From assembly GCA_963754925.1 (NCBI GenBank), contig CAVWHX010000003.1:352001-416000 (forward strand): 64,000 bases of DNA, in the 5' to 3' direction. This document shows positions 62,366-64,000 of this stretch, piece after piece. Position 1 is the stretch's first letter, and every line of letters begins with the position of its first letter. The notes beneath the pieces are model-generated. The model worked only from the letters and a program-made list of their open reading frames with translations, was not told the origin of the DNA and did no database searches. Source of the stretch: an uncultured delta proteobacterium (GTDB taxonomy: Bacteria; Myxococcota; B64-G9). Both the position numbers and the translations under genes were made by a program.

Positions 62366-62938
62366 TCAGTTATGGGATTGCGGTCTTTGGCGACCCTGGT
62401 TAAGTACTTTCTGGAGCTTCGCCGCTTGTTCGTCGCTCAGCGTTGTTCTAATAACCTTGCCGCCGTAACCAGAAAATTGCTTGGCGGCCTGCTCCGGGTT
62501 AGCGGTGATCAGCGCAAAAACGGCTGAGTCTCCGGACTGGATGGTCTCACCCACGTCTCTCACGAAGTCGTCGGAGATCCCGAAATCCTCCTTCCACCAG
62601 TCGGCGTCGATGGCGCCGACTCCCGCGCCAAGAGCACCGACGCCGACCGCGCCTACAGCAACCGCGCCAACTGCGGCGGCGGCGCTCAAGCCGGCGGTGA
62701 AGGGGATGGCGAGAATAGCGCCGAGCAATGAGCCCCACAGTGCTCCCCAGGCCGCCCCTTCACCGGTCGTCGGGTCGTAGCTCTGGTCGATACGGAGCTT
62801 GCCGTTATGGTCCCGGTGGACCGCGACCGCATCATGCAAGCTTACTGTCCAGTCATAATCCATTTGCCTCAATTTGTTAAGAACGTCCGATGCCTTGTAC
62901 CTGTTATCCTTGAATCCCACCACAATTAGTTCTGACAT
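62366..62938 (-). CDS. DUF1269-family protein
   Basis: MSELIVVGF, DAVAV, GALWGSLLG, GISDDFV, GGKVIRTTLS. Confidence 0.85.
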   Translation of the reverse strand: MSELIVVGFKDNRYKASDVLNKLRQMDYDWTVSLHDAVAVHRDHNGKLRIDQSYDPTTGEGAAWGALWGSLLGAILAIPFTAGLSAAAAVGAVAVGAVGVGALGAGVGAIDADWWKEDFGISDDFVRDVGETIQSGDSAVFALITANPEQAAKQFSGYGGKVIRTTLSDEQAAKLQKVLNQGRQRPQSHN

Positions 62939-62979
62939 GACCCACCTCCTCTTTCGTCGTTAGCTGAATTTTCAACATC

Positions 62980-63132
62980 ATCGATTCTTTTTGAGAACAC
63001 TATCCTTCCCGGTTATACCTGCAACGTTACCTTGCAACGCGAATGCCAAGCGTAAGTCGTCGAAACTACTTGATAGCGCAAATTACAACGTCGCGAGTCT
63101 TCGAGAATTAGCGATAGTTCATGAAAAATGAT
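62980..63132 (-). promoter_or_regulatory. Sigma54 promoter module, copy 2
   Basis: Minus strand TGGCATTCGCGTTGCA at 63033-63048. Confidence 0.85.
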
Positions 63133-63177
63133 CCAGACACTCGGCTTCTCGTCCTCACTGCCCATTCAATTTAGAGG

Positions 63178-63948
63178 CTAACTATCCGGGTCAGGGCCCG
63201 TTGGATCAAGGGGGCGCAACCCTTTGACCGCCCAGCCTACGCCCAAACCACCGATGAACCCCCCTATATGCGCGCCATAGGCCACGCCCGACTGTTGGCT
63301 GATTAAAAAGGGAAGCAGGTTATCCACCAGGATAATAAATCCCAGTACCCAGCGCGCCGACACCAATATCACGTTAAAATATATGGGAAACAACAATACC
63401 AGGACTTTTATCTTGTTGCGCGGGAAAAGCAAAAAGTAAACGCCCAGCACGCCGGAAATGGCGCCCGAAGCCCCCACCAAGGGAATCATCGAATGACGCG
63501 CAAAAAGCGAAAAAGCAAGAGTGGCCAGCACGCCGGTCGCCAAATAGGTAATCAAGTAACCGATTCTTCCCAAACGGCGCTCTACATTATCGCCGAATAT
63601 CCACAGAAAGAGCATGTTGCCGACCAGATGCAACAGGCCGCCATGGAGGAACAACGATGCAAAAAGGTCCATAAGATGCGGATTGCCCGGCTTATAACCA
63701 TGAGCAAAAACAAAGAGATCCGCGGCACTGAGGTGGGAAATCACCTCATCAAGCGATGTCCCTTGCGGCAGCGAGTCTGCAATAACGCGCAGATATTCCT
63801 GCACCTGTGGGTCATTGGGATCCACCGGCTGATACGACAGCGGCAGCGTGACAAAAAGGTAGACGGCCACATTGGCCGCGATTAGCAGCCAATTAACCCA
63901 AGGGGTGAAGTTGCGTGGGTTGGGGGTATCGCCGATAGGTAAAAACAC
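63178..63948 (-). CDS. Rhomboid intramembrane serine protease
   Basis: FLHGG..HL.GNMLFLWIFGDNVE, GASGAISG, AYGAHIGG. Confidence 0.92.
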   Translation of the reverse strand: MFLPIGDTPNPRNFTPWVNWLLIAANVAVYLFVTLPLSYQPVDPNDPQVQEYLRVIADSLPQGTSLDEVISHLSAADLFVFAHGYKPGNPHLMDLFASLFLHGGLLHLVGNMLFLWIFGDNVERRLGRIGYLITYLATGVLATLAFSLFARHSMIPLVGASGAISGVLGVYFLLFPRNKIKVLVLLFPIYFNVILVSARWVLGFIILVDNLLPFLISQQSGVAYGAHIGGFIGGLGVGWAVKGLRPLDPTGPDPDS

Positions 63949-64000
63949 TGAGAACCTCTACAGATTGACAATGAGCTTCACCTGTCCGCCTGTCCTGTCT

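Overview
A 64-kb bacterial chromosomal window. Gene content (PilZ, TPR, kelch and Cys-rich lipoproteins, PrkA, an S1 paralog, sigma54 activators) suggests a Deltaproteobacteria/Myxococcota-like anaerobe; this is inference only. (1) 1-11.9 kb: sigma54-controlled acyl-CoA catabolic cluster (crt, acyl-CoA dehydrogenase, hbd, abfD, two thiolases, prpE, plsC) with a divergent CBS-PAS activator. (2) 12-20.5 kb: FAD/Fe-S oxidoreductase, a 157-bp MITE with an 8-bp target duplication, and a diguanylate cyclase with a periplasmic CxxCH motif. (3) 20.7-29.1 kb, the most interesting part: an integron cassette array with no integrase gene nearby (attI-like site, four attC sites, upstream sigma70 promoter). 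Its cassettes encode an IS3-interrupted hypothetical protein, a HEPN-like protein, a J-domain/beta-propeller protein, a Schlafen/AlbA_2 protein and a methyltransferase, followed by a PhzF gene; several are candidate anti-phage genes. (4) 29-54.5 kb: mostly core genes (M16 pair, pyrC, M50, S1, cyclophilin, M23, DGC, PrkA, TonB receptor/TPR/kelch cluster, PilZ, metallophosphoesterase, Cys-rich lipoprotein, ZIP). (5) 54.6-64 kb: membrane stress/proteostasis cluster (FtsH, HdeD, two DUF1269 genes, M50-CBS, rhomboid, RRM) with a duplicated ~154-bp sigma54 promoter and a PAS sigma54 activator. Six genes have a +1 frameshift in a homopolymer, most likely sequencing error. No rRNA, tRNA or CRISPR array was seen. 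All family assignments are by-eye motif recognition, not database searches.
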